In this document: in pieces, positions 44,313-55,570 of the stretch
Position numbering within the stretch: the first letter of the stretch is position 1
How the letters are laid out: each line of letters begins with the position of its first letter
NCBI GenBank assembly: GCA_963751345.1
Contig: CAVVUS010000040.1
Coordinates: forward strand, 46,610-110,609
Length of the DNA: 64,000 nucleotides
Source of the DNA: an uncultured Chloroflexia bacterium
GTDB lineage: Bacteria > Chloroflexota > Anaerolineae > B4-G1 > SLSP01
Direction of reading: 5' to 3'
Made by a program: the position numbers and the translations under genes
Notes under the pieces: generated by a model
The model's input: the letters and a program-made list of their open reading frames with translations, nothing else
The model's database searches: none
What the model was told of the DNA's origin: nothing

Positions 44313-45304
44313 CGCGTCGCCTCGTTGCGCCAAGGGTCTGCCGCCAGGAACGCATGGAGCATCGCCCTCTTCTTCTCGACATCCACGCCGATCGCGTGTC
44401 CGGCACCGTAGTCGATCAAGATGAACCCTCCGTCTGGCGTCGCCCACCGATCCAGCAACAACTCGGCCTCCTCACGGATCTCGTCTGCGCCCTTGAACGG
44501 CAGCGTATGCTGGATGTCGCAGAGCGAGGCAAAGCAGATCCGTCCGCGGAACCGCTCGCCGATGTCCTCGATGCCCAATGCCCTTGGCTGTTGTAGTTCG
44601 ATGATGTCCAGCCCGATGTCGATCAAGCTCTCGATGATGCCATTGACCTTGCCGCAGGAGTGCATCCACACGTGCCAGCCAAGGTCGTGGACTGCGTCGA
44701 AGATCCGTTTGTAGCGAGGCTTGAAAAAGGCATCCCACATCGTGGGCCGGACGAAGACATTCTGTTGCGTACCCCAGTCATCGGTGAAGGTGAAGCCGTG
44801 GATGCGATCGCCGAAGCGCGAAGCGATGTTCTCGATGATGCGCAGATCAACCTCGACGATGCGGTCAGCCAGCGCTGCGATACGTTCGGGCTCCAGATAG
44901 AGATCGGTGAGCGTGGCCTCGAACCCGTGCAGCGCGTGCATCCGCTCGAAAAGAAGCATGAAGATGCTCGTGGCCACGTACTGGCCCTCGCTGCCCTCGA
45001 AACGTGCCGCCATCCCCTCATAGAAAGCCGGATCGTCAGGATCGGGCCATGCGTAGTTCTCCCAGGACGCCCAGTCGGCTAGCGGATGTCCCTTCACCTG
45101 GCCCATGTTGTCCATCTCCGAGCGCGCCCAGGTGCACCCCCATTCGTCCACCGTCTCGCGGTAGCGATGGTCGCCGGTCCCGATCTGGTTCCAGCCGACA
45201 AAGTGCACGTCGTCGACGCCGAGCGCCTCGAGGTGCAGCGGCAGGCGATCCGGCCGTCGGAACTCGATGGCGCGGGTCATGACTTCGTAGGACGACATAG
45301 CCAT
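44309..45304 (-). CDS. Uroporphyrinogen decarboxylase-fold protein (MtaA/CmuA-like methyltransferase superfamily)
   Basis: DEWGCTW, DDWGTQ, FKPRYKR, HSCG; SD AAGGAGG. Confidence 0.85.
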   Translation of the reverse strand: MAMSSYEVMTRAIEFRRPDRLPLHLEALGVDDVHFVGWNQIGTGDHRYRETVDEWGCTWARSEMDNMGQVKGHPLADWASWENYAWPDPDDPAFYEGMAARFEGSEGQYVATSIFMLLFERMHALHGFEATLTDLYLEPERIAALADRIVEVDLRIIENIASRFGDRIHGFTFTDDWGTQQNVFVRPTMWDAFFKPRYKRIFDAVHDLGWHVWMHSCGKVNGIIESLIDIGLDIIELQQPRALGIEDIGERFRGRICFASLCDIQHTLPFKGADEIREEAELLLDRWATPDGGFILIDYGAGHAIGVDVEKKRAMLHAFLAADPWRNEATR

Positions 45305-45357
45305 AGGTTGCCTCCTTGGATCGTTGATAGGATGGAAGCGGTCAGCGTTCAGCGCTG

Positions 45358-45417
45358 AGACCTTTGGGGTTTCCTTCTCAAGCAACCACCTACTGGACAA
45401 GGAAACCCCAAAGGTCT
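45358..45417. repeat. REP-like inverted repeat, family B
   Basis: Perfect 19-bp arms AGACCTTTGGGGTTTCCTT / AAGGAAACCCCAAAGGTCT with a 22-nt spacer; intergenic. Confidence 0.8.
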
Positions 45418-45421
45418 TCCG

Positions 45422-46565
45422 CTACGCGGCGGCTCGCTCCGCCCAGTCGTTAAACGCGTCGAGCATCGCCAGGAAATTGTCGTACTTCGTACCGACGGCC
45501 ACAGAGTGCGTCGTGCCGAAGATGTAGCCGCTGCCGGGCGCACCGGCGCGCATCGCCTCCGCCACGTCATGGCGCACATCCTCGGGCGTCCCGGAAACCA
45601 GGTTTTCAACACTAGCCCCACCCCAGAGCGCCAGCCTATTGCCATATCGCGCTTTGACCTGGGCCATGTCCATACTTGCCGAGGCCTGGATCGATTGGTA
45701 CGCATCGTACCCCGCCTCGACGAACATGTCGAGCAGCGCCCAGTTGTTTCCACACGCATGCTTGAGCACGCGCAGCCCGTGCGACTTGACGCTCGCCACC
45801 CGCTCCTTGATCGACGGGAGGCAGACGCTGCGGAACATGCGCGGCGAAATGAACGGGCCCGCCGTCGCGGCAAAGTCCGTGCCCCAGAGGACGCCATCCG
45901 TGCCGGGCCTGATCATCCACGGGTCCTCAAGATTGCCGAGTCGCGTGGCCTGCGCAATGGCCGCGGACACGACCTCAGGCTGAAGCGCGTACATCATCAG
46001 GCCGTGCTCCATCCCACCCAGCAGGATCATTCCCGCCTCGCCACCGCTCGGGCCGAGGATAAAGTGGCTGTCGCCGAGCGCCTCGACGATCGGATCGACC
46101 GCCTCGAAGATCGAGGGGTCCGGCGGCACCGGGTCCACGTCGAGCGGGAAGTCTTCGCGGCAAGTGAGGCTCGGGCTGCGCCACGAGCGTCAGATCGGCG
46201 GTGACGTCCGAGTACTTCCACACCCGGCCGTGCGTCCGCCGCCCACGTGTTGGCGTCGATCCGGCGGACACTGTCGGGCACGTAATCCGCGGCGGGGCGA
46301 CGCTGCTTGCCATCGCGCTCACGTTGACGACGTCGATGACGTCGAGCTTGCGATAGAGCTCGATCGTGTCCTCTTTCCAGCTCTGGACCACCTCGTCGCG
46401 CCGGCCCTCCCAGAACGCGATCTGGCACTTCGCCTTCGCGCGCAGGTAGGTCTCGTGGCCCAGGATCCGCTCGACCGTGTCGAAGTCGATGGCGAAGAAC
46501 CCGATCGGCACGCGGTCGACCGGCTCGTGGGCCAGCGCCCGCTGTACGCGCTCCTTACCGTTCAT
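45422..46565 (-). CDS. Second uroporphyrinogen decarboxylase-fold protein; frameshifted
   Basis: MNGKERV..AL.HEPVDRVP N-terminus, KHACGN, LALWGG, GYIFGTTHSV. Confidence 0.82.
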
Positions 46566-46568
46566 AGG

Positions 46569-48119
46569 TCAACTCGCATCTCCCGAGCTAGATTGGTCCA
46601 ATCTTCGGAAGATTGGACCAATCTTACTCTCTTGGCAATCCCCTAGATACCCCTGCATCAGCGGCCACAGATTCTGGTACGCGCCGTACCACTCCGCGTA
46701 CGCCGCGTGGACCGCCATGTCAGGCTCGAACGTCCGCTCCAGCTTGACCATCGCCTCGACGGCCTCCGAATACGCGCCGAACTGACCGCTGCCGACGCCC
46801 GCGATGATCGCCGCGCCGAGCGCCCCGGCCTCGGTGACGACCGGCCGCGTCAACGGGCGCCCCAGGATGTCGGCCCAGAGCTGGACCCAGGCGTCCGACT
46901 TGCTGCCGCCGCCCACCGCGCGGAACTCGTCGATGGCGATGCCGGTCCGGGCAGCCGGTCGACCACCGACGCAGGTAGAAGGTGGCCCCCTCCACGATCC
47001 CCTTGAGGATCGCGCCGCGCGGCGTCTCCAGCCGCAGCCCGACGATCACACCCGACGAATCGGCGACGAAGTCGGGCGGCCCGGTGGTCGTGAAATGCGG
47101 CAGCACCACGAGCCCGCTGGGGCCGTCGGGCAGCTCGGCAAAGAGCGCGGGGTAGACGTCCTCCCCGCGCTCCTGGCCCGGCGGTGCTCCTCGGCGGCGA
47201 AGGTGTCCCGGTACCACTTGACCAGCGACCCGCCCTGGTTGTAGATAAAGGTGACGTAGGCCCCCGGCACCGCGTGGTGCTCGGTGTTGAGACCGCACGC
47301 GATCATCGCCCCGGCCGGGACGCCCCGCGGCGACGGGCGTGATGCATATGAAGGTGCCCATGCCGTAGGTCGCGCGGCCCTCCTCGATCACGCCGCAGCC
47401 AACGGCGTTGGCGCACTGGTCGTGCGCGCCCGCGACGATGACCACGCCCCCCGGCAGCCCCAGCTCCTCCGCCACGTGGGCCGAGACCGTGCCGATGGCG
47501 GTTCCCGAGGGACGACGCGTGGCAGCTTGTCGCGGTCGAGCCCCGCCCAGTCCAGGAGTGCCTCGGACCAGTCCACGGTTCGAGGTCGAGGAGCAGCGTC
47601 CGGTTCGCAAGCGAGCGTCGACCGCGGCGTCGGCGCCCAGCATGGCGGTCACGAAGCTGCCCCAGAGAGAAACTTGTGCGTCCGCTCGTAGACCTCGGGC
47701 CGGTGGTCCCGAATCCACATCAGCTTGGTCAGCCCGTAGTGGTTGCCGAGCGTGTTGCCGTTGATCCGGTAGAGCGCCACCGGCGCCATCGCGGGGGTGA
47801 GCTCGCCCAGGTAATCCTGCCCGCGCACGTCGAAGTTGAGGATCGAAGGGGCGAGGATCTCGTGTCCCTCCGACACGGCCACGACCGCCTCGCCCAGCGA
47901 CGAGACGGAGACGGCGCGGATGGGTCGGCTCCGTCGCCGACGCCACCTGGCGGATCGCGGATTCGTCTTCGCCCAGACTCGACCGCGTCCAGCTCGGCCC
48001 ATCCCGGCTGGGGATGGCGATGTCGTACTCGCGGTAGGCCGACGCCAGGAGCCGCCATCGACCGAGAAACAGGCGACCTTGCAGCCCGTGGTGCCGACGT
48101 CGATGCCCAGGATGCTCAT
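46569..48119 (-). CDS. FGGY-family carbohydrate kinase (xylulokinase-like); several frameshifts
   Basis: ILGIDVGTTGCK, KLMWIRDH.PEVY, GAHDQ, GGGSKSDAW.QL.AD, EAGALGAAI. Confidence 0.87.
46588..46625. repeat. Tandem palindrome pair AGATTGGWCCAATCT (family C)
   Basis: Two perfect 15-bp palindromes at 46590-46604 and 46610-46624. Confidence 0.8.
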
Positions 48120-48124
48120 ACGAT

Positions 48125-49039
48125 CACCCCAGGATCCGCCTGCCGACCCGGCGATGCCGTAGTAGTCGCGGATCAGCCACGTGGTGCGCTCGTAGACGGC
48201 CGTCTTGCCCGCCTCCAACCCGCCCGTGCGGAGCCCTTCCTCGAAGGCCTGGCGGATCTCCGTCGCCACGTTGACCTTGGCGATGCCTCCCTCGATCGCC
48301 GCAAGAACGTCCTCCCGCAGGACGCCCGAGCCGCCGTGCAAGACCAGCGGCACGCCGGTCGCCGCCTGAGCCGAGCCAGGTGATCCAGGTTGAGGTGCGC
48401 CTGGGTCTTTTTCCGATCCCTGAACGCCTTGGACACCGCGCCGTGAACGTTGCCCACCGCCACCGAGAGCCAATCGCAGCCGGTCTCCGCCACGAACCGC
48501 GCCGCCTCGTCCACGTCGGTGAAGCCCAGGCCCGAGGCGAAGAGCTCCTCATAGGGCGGCAGCGGGCCTGCACCAGAGTGCAGGCGCGCGCCCTCGCGCA
48601 GGATCGCGCCCAACTCTGCCTCGCACGGGATCCCCGCCGCGTGCGCCATCTCGGCGACCTCGCGCGTCGCCGCGATGTTCCCCTCCAGGTCGAGCCGCGA
48701 CCCGTCGATCATCACCGAGTCGTAGCCCAGCGAGATCGCCCGGCGCACGATCGGCGCGTAGTCGACCGCCAGGTCGTCCTCGTCGACCACCGGCACGTGG
48801 TCCAGATGCAGCCGCACGTGGTCGGGGTCGCCGAAGCGCGCGAACGCCTCCTGCACCGCGGCGGGGCCGTAGCACTCGAACCGCTGCCACTCGATCCGCG
48901 CCGTCTCGATCAGGGCGAAGGCGTCCTGATCGACCACCGCGCGCACGATAGGCTCCAGCATCGGCAGGTGGGGCACGTTGAAGGCGGGCACCATCGTCCC
49001 CGCCTCCCACGCCGCCCGAACGATATCGTTGTCAACCAT
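48125..49039 (-). CDS. Class II fructose/tagatose-bisphosphate aldolase family; frameshift near 48370
   Basis: PAFN, LHLDH, SVMIDGS, EAELG, VAVGNVHG, PLVLHGGSG, KVNVATE. 3' end approximate. Confidence 0.88.
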
Positions 49040-49054
49040 GGTCCATCCTTTCTG

Positions 49055-50511
49055 TTACTCCCCCTCCTGGCGGGGGATTGGTCCCCTCCTCGAAGATTGG
49101 ACCAATCTTCCTCCTGCGGCGCGCTGACCTCGAAGCCCAGGTAGTGCCCCAGCGCCTCCCGCACCGGGGCCATCACGTGCCCCGGCGTGAGGCTGACGTG
49201 GTGACGGTATCCCTCATACCCGATGTGGAGCAGCACGTCCTGCAGCCGCGGGATCGCCGCGACACCCGCGCAGCCGAAGAACTCGTCAGGGATGGTGTCC
49301 TCGGTGAAGGCCCCTTCGCCCAGGTAAAAGCGCAGCCCCCCCCTCGGTCATCATGCTGGCAAAGGTGAAGTCGAACGGCGCGATCCGGCCCTGGTGGCAC
49401 CCCAGCCGCATCCCTTGCCCACCGCGTTCGCCAGGATGGCGTGTTCGGCGATGTGACCGGGACCGGTCATCAGCGCCTTGGGCACAGGTCCGCAGTGGAA
49501 GAGGATGCACTTGTCGTCCTCCTCCTCGTAGTTGTTGTTCCAGTCGAGACAGGTCGCGGGCTCGTCCGTGGCCTGGTGGAGCGCGAACATCGCCACGGCG
49601 TTGCCGACGTCGACCTCGCACGCCGCGGGGATGCCGCGGTTGTTGAGCTCGCCCAGGAGGACACACGCCGAGATCCCCAACTGCTGCTGGAGCTCGATCC
49701 AGCAGCGCAGCGCCAGCGCGTCCAGCTGGTACTCGTCGATCACGTCGTCGAGCACGACGCCCAGCCGCGCGATCTTGGCGAAGGCGTCCTCCGGCACCCC
49801 GGCCCACGAGGTGTAGTCGCGCAGGACCTCGGCCTTGGCCTTGAACGGCGCGCCGGCGGTATCGACCGCGTCCATCCGCGCGAAGACGTCGGAGAGGTCG
49901 AGCGTCTCCATCGTGATGCCGTGGCGCTGGAGCGCGACCTCGTCGATGCGCACGGTCTTGAACGCCGTGGTGCGGGCGCCGATCGCGCCGACGACCATGT
50001 GGCGCATGCCGCCCACGACGCGGCAGACACGGTCGAAGTGGTCGACGTTGGCCTTGAAGCGGTCGCTCGTCGGGCTCACGACGTGGGGTTTGAGCGCCGT
50101 GAAGGCGAGGCCATACTGATGAAAGACGTCCATGATCCACAGCTTGCCGCAGAACGCGTCGCGCCGGACCTCGGGCGCCATCCGGTCCATGTCATCCGGA
50201 TAGGCGTGGACCAGGATCGGGACGCCCGCGTCGCGGAGCGCGGCGATGGCGCCGGTCTCGTCGCCGAAATTGGGCAGCGAGAGGATGACGCCGTCGTACT
50301 CGCCGCGGTGCTCGCGCAGGAAATTGGCGTAGATCTCGCCCTCCCGCGGCGTCTCGACGGCCCCGTGGCGCGTCGCGCCGGCGTCGAGCACGATCACGTC
50401 GTGGCCGAGGCCCTTGAGCACGCGAGGCAGCTCCTCGCGCGCCTCGGCCAACAGTGAGGCCGGGAAGAATCCCCGATTGCCGAAGAACAGCGCAAATCTC
50501 GACTTTGCCAT
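49055..50511 (-). CDS. L-fucose/L-arabinose isomerase family protein; frameshifts in the 3' part
   Basis: NRGFFP, LPNFGDE, RRDAFCGK, LRCW, ACEVD, LFHCGP, C-terminal RHHV. 3' end approximate. Confidence 0.82.
49076..49109. repeat. Family C palindrome pair (first half degenerate)
   Basis: GATTGGTCC at 49076 and AGATTGGACCAATCT at 49094-49108. Confidence 0.7.
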
Positions 50512-50582
50512 AAGCGGCCTCCTCTGGCGATGAGCATCAAATTAGGAGTTGGGGAATGACGATATTGCAGACCTGTGAATTC

Positions 50583-50672
50583 TGTCATCCTGAGCCGCAG
50601 GCGAAGGATCTAGCCTTGTAGAGCAAAGACCTTCGGGTTTCGGCCCGGGCGGACTCGCTTGGCCCCAAAGGT
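50583..50672. repeat. Composite REP-like element: family A copy (50583-50611) plus family B copy (50627-50672)
   Basis: TGTCATCCTGAGCCGCAGGCGAAGGATCT followed by AGACCTTCGGGTTTC...CCCCAAAGGT. Confidence 0.78.
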
Positions 50673-50684
50673 ACTTTCACGATA

Positions 50685-53600
50685 CTAGCCGATGTGGAGT
50701 TTGAGCGTCTTCACCTCGAACGGACGGAGCGAGACGGTGATCTCGTGCCCGGCGCCGGTCTTGACAACCGGCACGTCGGCGATCACGGTGTCCTCCAACA
50801 TATTCGTCAGCGCGGCACCGCTCACCGGCAGCGTCGTCGAGAGCGTGGCCTGCACCGCCATCCGCTTGGACTCGTAGAGCCGCACGACGACGTCGCCGGA
50901 GCCGTCCTCGGCGGGCTTGACCGTCTCGATGACGACGTTCGGCGCGTCCACGTTGAAGAGCGAGGCCGTGCCGGCATCGCCCGGGGCCGTCAGCAGCGGC
51001 GCGTTGAGGTCGTAGCCCTCGCGGACGACGTCGCTCTCGGCGAAGGGCCCGGTCCAGGCGTAGAAGGCGTAGGTGAACTCCTGGATGCCCTGGTCGGCGT
51101 GGTAGTCGGGCGCGAGCGCCGACTTGAGCAGCGTCAGGTTGATGGTGTTGCCGAGGACGTTGACGCCGTACTTGCAGTCGTTGAGCACCGCGCAGCCGCG
51201 GTTCTCCTCGACCAACGCCGTCCACTTGTGGTTGGGCACCTCGAAGCGGTCGGCGTCGAAGGGGCGGCTGCGGTGGTTCGGGCGCCGGATGTGGCCGAAC
51301 TGGATCTCGTGCAGCGCCTCGTCGCTGTGAATCCGGACGGGGAAGGCGACCTTGAGCAGCTTGTGCCGCTCGTGCCAGTCGATCGTCGTCTCGAAGTCGA
51401 GCCGCCGGCTGCCGCGCCGCAGGCTGATCTCCTGCGTCATCGTCGAGTCGTGCAGGGTGCGCGTGACCTTGAGCGTCGCGACCAGCGGCCCGGCGGCGAC
51501 CACCTCGATCTCGGCCGGCTGGTCGAGCAGCGACCGGGCGTCTGCTCGTACATGCTGTCGATGTCCCACGCGTCGAAGCGCGAGGGGACGTCCTTGTACA
51601 TCTGGAAGCTGTTGCACGCGCCCGTCGCCAGCTCGCCCAGCGGCCGGTCTTGTCGACGAGGCTCACGATCTCGCCGCGGTCGTTGAACTTGACCCGCAGC
51701 AGGTCGTTCTCCAGCAGGTCGGGCGCGGCCTTGAGCTCGGTTCGGCGGGCGTGGCGGCGCCGGCCGGGTGGAGCGTCGTCCACCCGCACGAGGGCACCGT
51801 CACCTCGGCCATCACGTCGTCGCCGACGGCCTGCACCGGCACCGGGGCGCCGGTAGCATCCGGCGCGCCCGCGTAGCCCTCGGGCAGCGGCACGAGCCCG
51901 TGCGCTCCCAGGAGAGACGTTGAAGACGGTCATCCCGTCGTCGCCCTTCGCCAGCGTCATCGCCGCGTCCGCCGTCACGCAGTCCGCCGCCTCGATCACC
52001 TGGTCGTAGAGCGCCTCGGCCTCCTCGTAGACACGCGCGATCGACGAGCCGGGGAGGATGTCGTGGAACTGGTTGAGCAGCACGCCCTTCCAGGCCTCGT
52101 CCAGCGTCGCGGACGAGAAGTCGAAGCCGCCCAGCAGGCGGGCCGCCACACCCCACAGCTCGGCTCGCCGGAGCGCGAACTCGCTCTTGCGGTTGCCGCG
52201 CTTGGTCTTGGCCTGCGAGGTGTACACGCCGCGGTGGCACTGGAAGTAGAGCTCGCCGACGTAGCGGTCCTCGGGCCAGCCCTTGGCTTCCTGGTCCTCG
52301 AAGAACTCCATCGGCGTCGCGAGACGCACCTTCGGCACGCCCTCGAGGTTCTGCAGCCGCCGCGCGAACTCGAGGTGGTCGCGGGTCGGCCCGCCGCCGC
52401 CGTCGCCGTAGCCGAAGGGATAGAGCCGGGTGGAGAAGCCGTCCTTCTGGACGCGCTCGTTCCAGCGCTCGATCACGCTCTCGGCGTCGATGCGGGCGTT
52501 GTAGTCGTTGTGCAGGTGGACGTAGACCTCGGAGCCGTCGATGCCCTCCCAGATGAAGGTGTTGTAGGGGAAGGGATCGCCGCCGTGGTAGGCCCAGAAG
52601 ATCTTCTGCGTGGAGAAGTACTTGACGCCGCAGCCGCGCATGATCTGCGGCAGCGCGCCGGAGTAGCCGAAGACGTCGGGCAGCCACAGCAGCTCGCAGT
52701 CGACGCCGAACTCCTGCTCGAAGAAGCGCTTGCCGTGGATGAACTGGCGGATCAGGCTCTCGCCGCCGGTGATGTTGGTGTCGGGCTCGACCCACGTCGC
52801 CCCCTCAGGGACGAACTGGCCCGCCGCCGCGGCCTCCTTGACCCGCGCGTAGATGTCGGGGTAGCGCTGCTGCAGCATCCGGTAGAGGTGCGGCTGGCTC
52901 TGCAGGAACTTGAACTCGGGGTACTCGGCCATCAGCGCCAACTGGGTGGAGAGGGTCCGCCCGATCTTGCGCTCGGTCTCCTGCAGCGGCCAGAGCCACG
53001 CCACGTCGAGGTGGGCGTGGCCGAAGGCGAACATCTCGGGCGCGGTCGAGCCGTTGACGCAGGCCATCAGCGGCGCCAGCCGCTCGCGGCACGCGCGCAC
53101 GGTCTCCAGCATCTCGTCGTTGGGCAGCTCGAAGTCGACGATCAACGTGAAATCGCGCAGCCCCGCGTCGATCTCCTGGAGCCGCAGGCTGTTCTCGTCG
53201 AGGTGCTCGCGCGTCTGGAAGAGCGTCTCGACGTCGAGCCAGAGCTGGTAGACATCCTCCTGCCAGATGCCGAACGTGGTCTCGCCGACCACCTCCTGGG
53301 TGGCGTCGGGACCGCGCATCGCACGCTGTCCGGGACGGAAACCCCACGGCGGGCCCACGACGCGCGACTGGGCGATGGCGTCGGACTCGGGAAGCGGCAT
53401 CTCGCGGTCGGGCGGCGTCGGCCCGCCGTGGACGAGGCGCGGCCCGTGGCCCGCGTAGCTCTCGATCAACACCTCGTAGCGGGTGCCGGGCGTGCCCGAT
53501 CGGGTCAGCGTGATCTCGGCGTGGCGCCGGTCGCGCGCGCCTGCGGCCTCGCCGTTCACCCAGACGATGCCCTCACCGCCGACCTCGACAACCAACACAA

Positions 53601-53848
53601 TACGGGCGTCCTCGGCCTCGTCGGGAAGCGTGAACTCGCCCTTGAACCACCCGTACTCCCACATCTTGCCCCAGGCCGTGCCCGCGGGCATAGGTGTGAA
53701 CGTCCTCGCCCAGCGCCTCGTCGGGCGTCAACTGCGCTTTGGTGGCGAACCCCGCCATCGCCACCGTGCCCAGCGGACGGTAGAGGTGGCGCGGCAATTC
53801 CTCGCGCCATGGTGCGAGTCTGTGCTGCCATTCCAGGTTCAGAACCAT
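50685..53848 (-). CDS. Alpha-mannosidase, GH38; several frameshifts
   Basis: GHAHLDVAWLWP, LWLPDVFGYS, FGYGDGGGGPT, GELYFQCHRG.YTSQ, LLNQFHDILPGSSI, LNDCKYG, VVRLYES. Confidence 0.92.
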
Positions 53849-53871
53849 CGGGTAACCTCCGAGAGAGAAGG

Positions 53872-53946
53872 AACGTTTAAACGTTAGCACGTTTTCACGT
53901 TCACGCCCCAACGTTCTGACGTGCAAACGTTCGAACGTGCTAACGC
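53872..53946. repeat. Degenerate octamer tandem repeat with ACGT core
   Basis: AACGTTTA, AACGTTAG, CACGTTTT, CACGTT, then AACGTTCT, GACGTGCA, AACGTTCG, AACGTGCT filling the intergenic space. Confidence 0.7.
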
Positions 53947-55007
53947 GTAATGATCGTCTTCAGCGAGTCCTGCGTGTCCAGCGCCTCGGCCTCCTGTGCG
54001 AAAACGCCGGCGATGTCACCCAGCGGGTGGCGCACCGAGTTCTCCAGGATGATGTCGACGTTGAAGACGCCGCGCTGGACCGCGCGATAGGCCTCGCGCA
54101 TGTTCTCGACCGACTGCAACTTGGTGTAGTGCACGCCGTTGAGGTTGCGGATCTCGAGGCCGTCCTCGTGGAACCGGTGGAAGCAGAAGTCATCCACCGG
54201 CGCGTAGTTGTCGCCGTAGAGCGCGACGATGCCGTTGTGGCGCACCATCGCGACCGCCTGCTTGATGCCGATGCCGGTGCCGCCCACGGCCTCCACCGCG
54301 ACGTCGACGCCCTCGCCCTTGGTGATCTCGTCGACGGCGGCGATGGCGTCGTCCTCCGCGGCGTTGATCACGACGTCGGCGCCCAGCGCCTTCGCCACCT
54401 CCAGCTTCGACGGCACGACGTCGACCGCGATGACCAGCGACGCGCCGGACTTGATCGCGCCCTGCAGCATGATGTTGCCGGCAAAGCCCACGCCGTTGAC
54501 GGCGACGGTGTCGCCCAGCTTCACGCCCATATGGATCGCGGCCCACGCCGCGCAGCCGAGAGGCTCGTACAGGCACCCCACCTCGAACGGGACCCCGTCG
54601 GGAATAGGCTGAACGTGGCGGATGTCGGTGACCCAGTAATCGGTGAAGGTCGGGTAGATCAGGCTCCCCACCCGGTCGCCGATCGCGACGCTGCCGCCCC
54701 CGACGTACGTCTCCACGCCGGCGCCCTTGGCGACGATCATGCCGCCGCCCTCGTGGCCCAGCGGCCCCATCGGGTAAGCGTGCTTGGGCTTGCCGTCCGG
54801 GCGGCCCGCGCCAAGCTGAACGTCGGGGCCGCCCTTGGCCTCATCCTGCGGGCGAACGCTGATGCCGCGGTAGTAATAGCGCTCGGAGCCACAGATCGAG
54901 GCCTGGTGCGCCTCGATCAAAACGTCATTCGGGCCGAGCTCCGGCAGGGTCAGCCGATCGAGCGTGATCTTCCCAGGCTCCAGGTAAACAGCGCGTGTCT
55001 CTACCAT
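53940..55007 (-). CDS. Zinc-binding (MDR) sugar/polyol dehydrogenase
   Basis: ICGSE, LGHEG, EPLGCA, GVGFAG, LGADVVIN, GVDVAVEAVG; no four-Cys structural Zn lobe. Confidence 0.87.
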   Translation of the reverse strand: MVETRAVYLEPGKITLDRLTLPELGPNDVLIEAHQASICGSERYYYRGISVRPQDEAKGGPDVQLGAGRPDGKPKHAYPMGPLGHEGGGMIVAKGAGVETYVGGGSVAIGDRVGSLIYPTFTDYWVTDIRHVQPIPDGVPFEVGCLYEPLGCAAWAAIHMGVKLGDTVAVNGVGFAGNIMLQGAIKSGASLVIAVDVVPSKLEVAKALGADVVINAAEDDAIAAVDEITKGEGVDVAVEAVGGTGIGIKQAVAMVRHNGIVALYGDNYAPVDDFCFHRFHEDGLEIRNLNGVHYTKLQSVENMREAYRAVQRGVFNVDIILENSVRHPLGDIAGVFAQEAEALDTQDSLKTIITR

Positions 55008-55169
55008 GCGAGGGTCGCGCCCACTGCAGGTCGAACCGAGGGTCTCATTGTGTGGCGCCTCCTGTCGTGGCGGCGGGATGGCCCGCCGCACCTCAACTCT
55101 GTGCGGGGATGATTGTACCATGGCTCCCCCAATACCCCACCGGGCGAAGACCTTCCGGCACCTTTCGGA

Positions 55170-55233
55170 ACCTTCCGGGAAGCTACATTACGCCGCCAAA
55201 TGCAAGGGCTTCCGCTCCAGCTTCCCGGAAGGT
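55170..55233. repeat. 15-bp inverted repeat in the divergent promoter region
   Basis: ACCTTCCGGGAAGCT (55170-55184) and AGCTTCCCGGAAGGT (55219-55233); preceded by two more ACCTT(C/T)CGG direct repeats. Confidence 0.7.
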
Positions 55234-55261
55234 AGGTACAAACGTTAACCATTTGTTAAAC

Positions 55262-55289
55262 TTGACATCTCGGATATAGTGTATACTAT
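55262..55289 (+). promoter_or_regulatory. Sigma70 promoter driving the riboswitch-microprotein unit
   Basis: TTGACA (55262-55267), 16-nt spacer, TACTAT (55284-55289). Confidence 0.7.
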
Positions 55290-55347
55290 GAGTGTGGGTG
55301 GTTGGGAAGAAGAGACCACCAGTAACGTACCTGAACAAGCGAATGCG

Positions 55348-55480
55348 AGCGTCGCCGAATGCACCAGCAGCGGGGGAACCGATATAATGGGGCGAGCCGA
55401 TGAGATCCGAGGGGGGTCTCGTCGTAGGGTCATCTTCTTTGATCCGAGCCCGACAGCTAACCTCGTAGGCGTGAAAGAAG
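55348..55480 (+). ncRNA. Cyclic di-AMP riboswitch (ydaO/yuaA class)
   Basis: Conserved blocks in the expected order: CGCCGAAT, GGGGGAACC, TGGGGCGA, GTAGGG, CCGAGCCCGACAGCTAACCTCGTAGGCG. Pseudoknot pairing CTTCTTT (55434-55440) with AAAGAAG (55474-55480). Confidence 0.92.
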
Positions 55481-55510
55481 GACACCACAGTTGACCGGGT
55501 GTCCTTTTTT
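55478..55510 (+). terminator. Riboswitch expression-platform intrinsic terminator
   Basis: Stem GGACACC/GGTGTCC followed by TTTTTT. Confidence 0.85.
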
Positions 55511-55570
55511 GCTGGTTCGGATCCGCGCGTCAATTGAGCGGTCAAAGCCAAGTATAGTAGGAGGAAGATC

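Noticed and set aside
32242-55112. Long antisense ORFs (e.g. 32242..33612, 34052..35593, 40457..41833, 52063..53880, 53937..55112)
   Set aside because: Shadow ORFs opposite well-supported genes in high-GC DNA, with no recognisable motifs.
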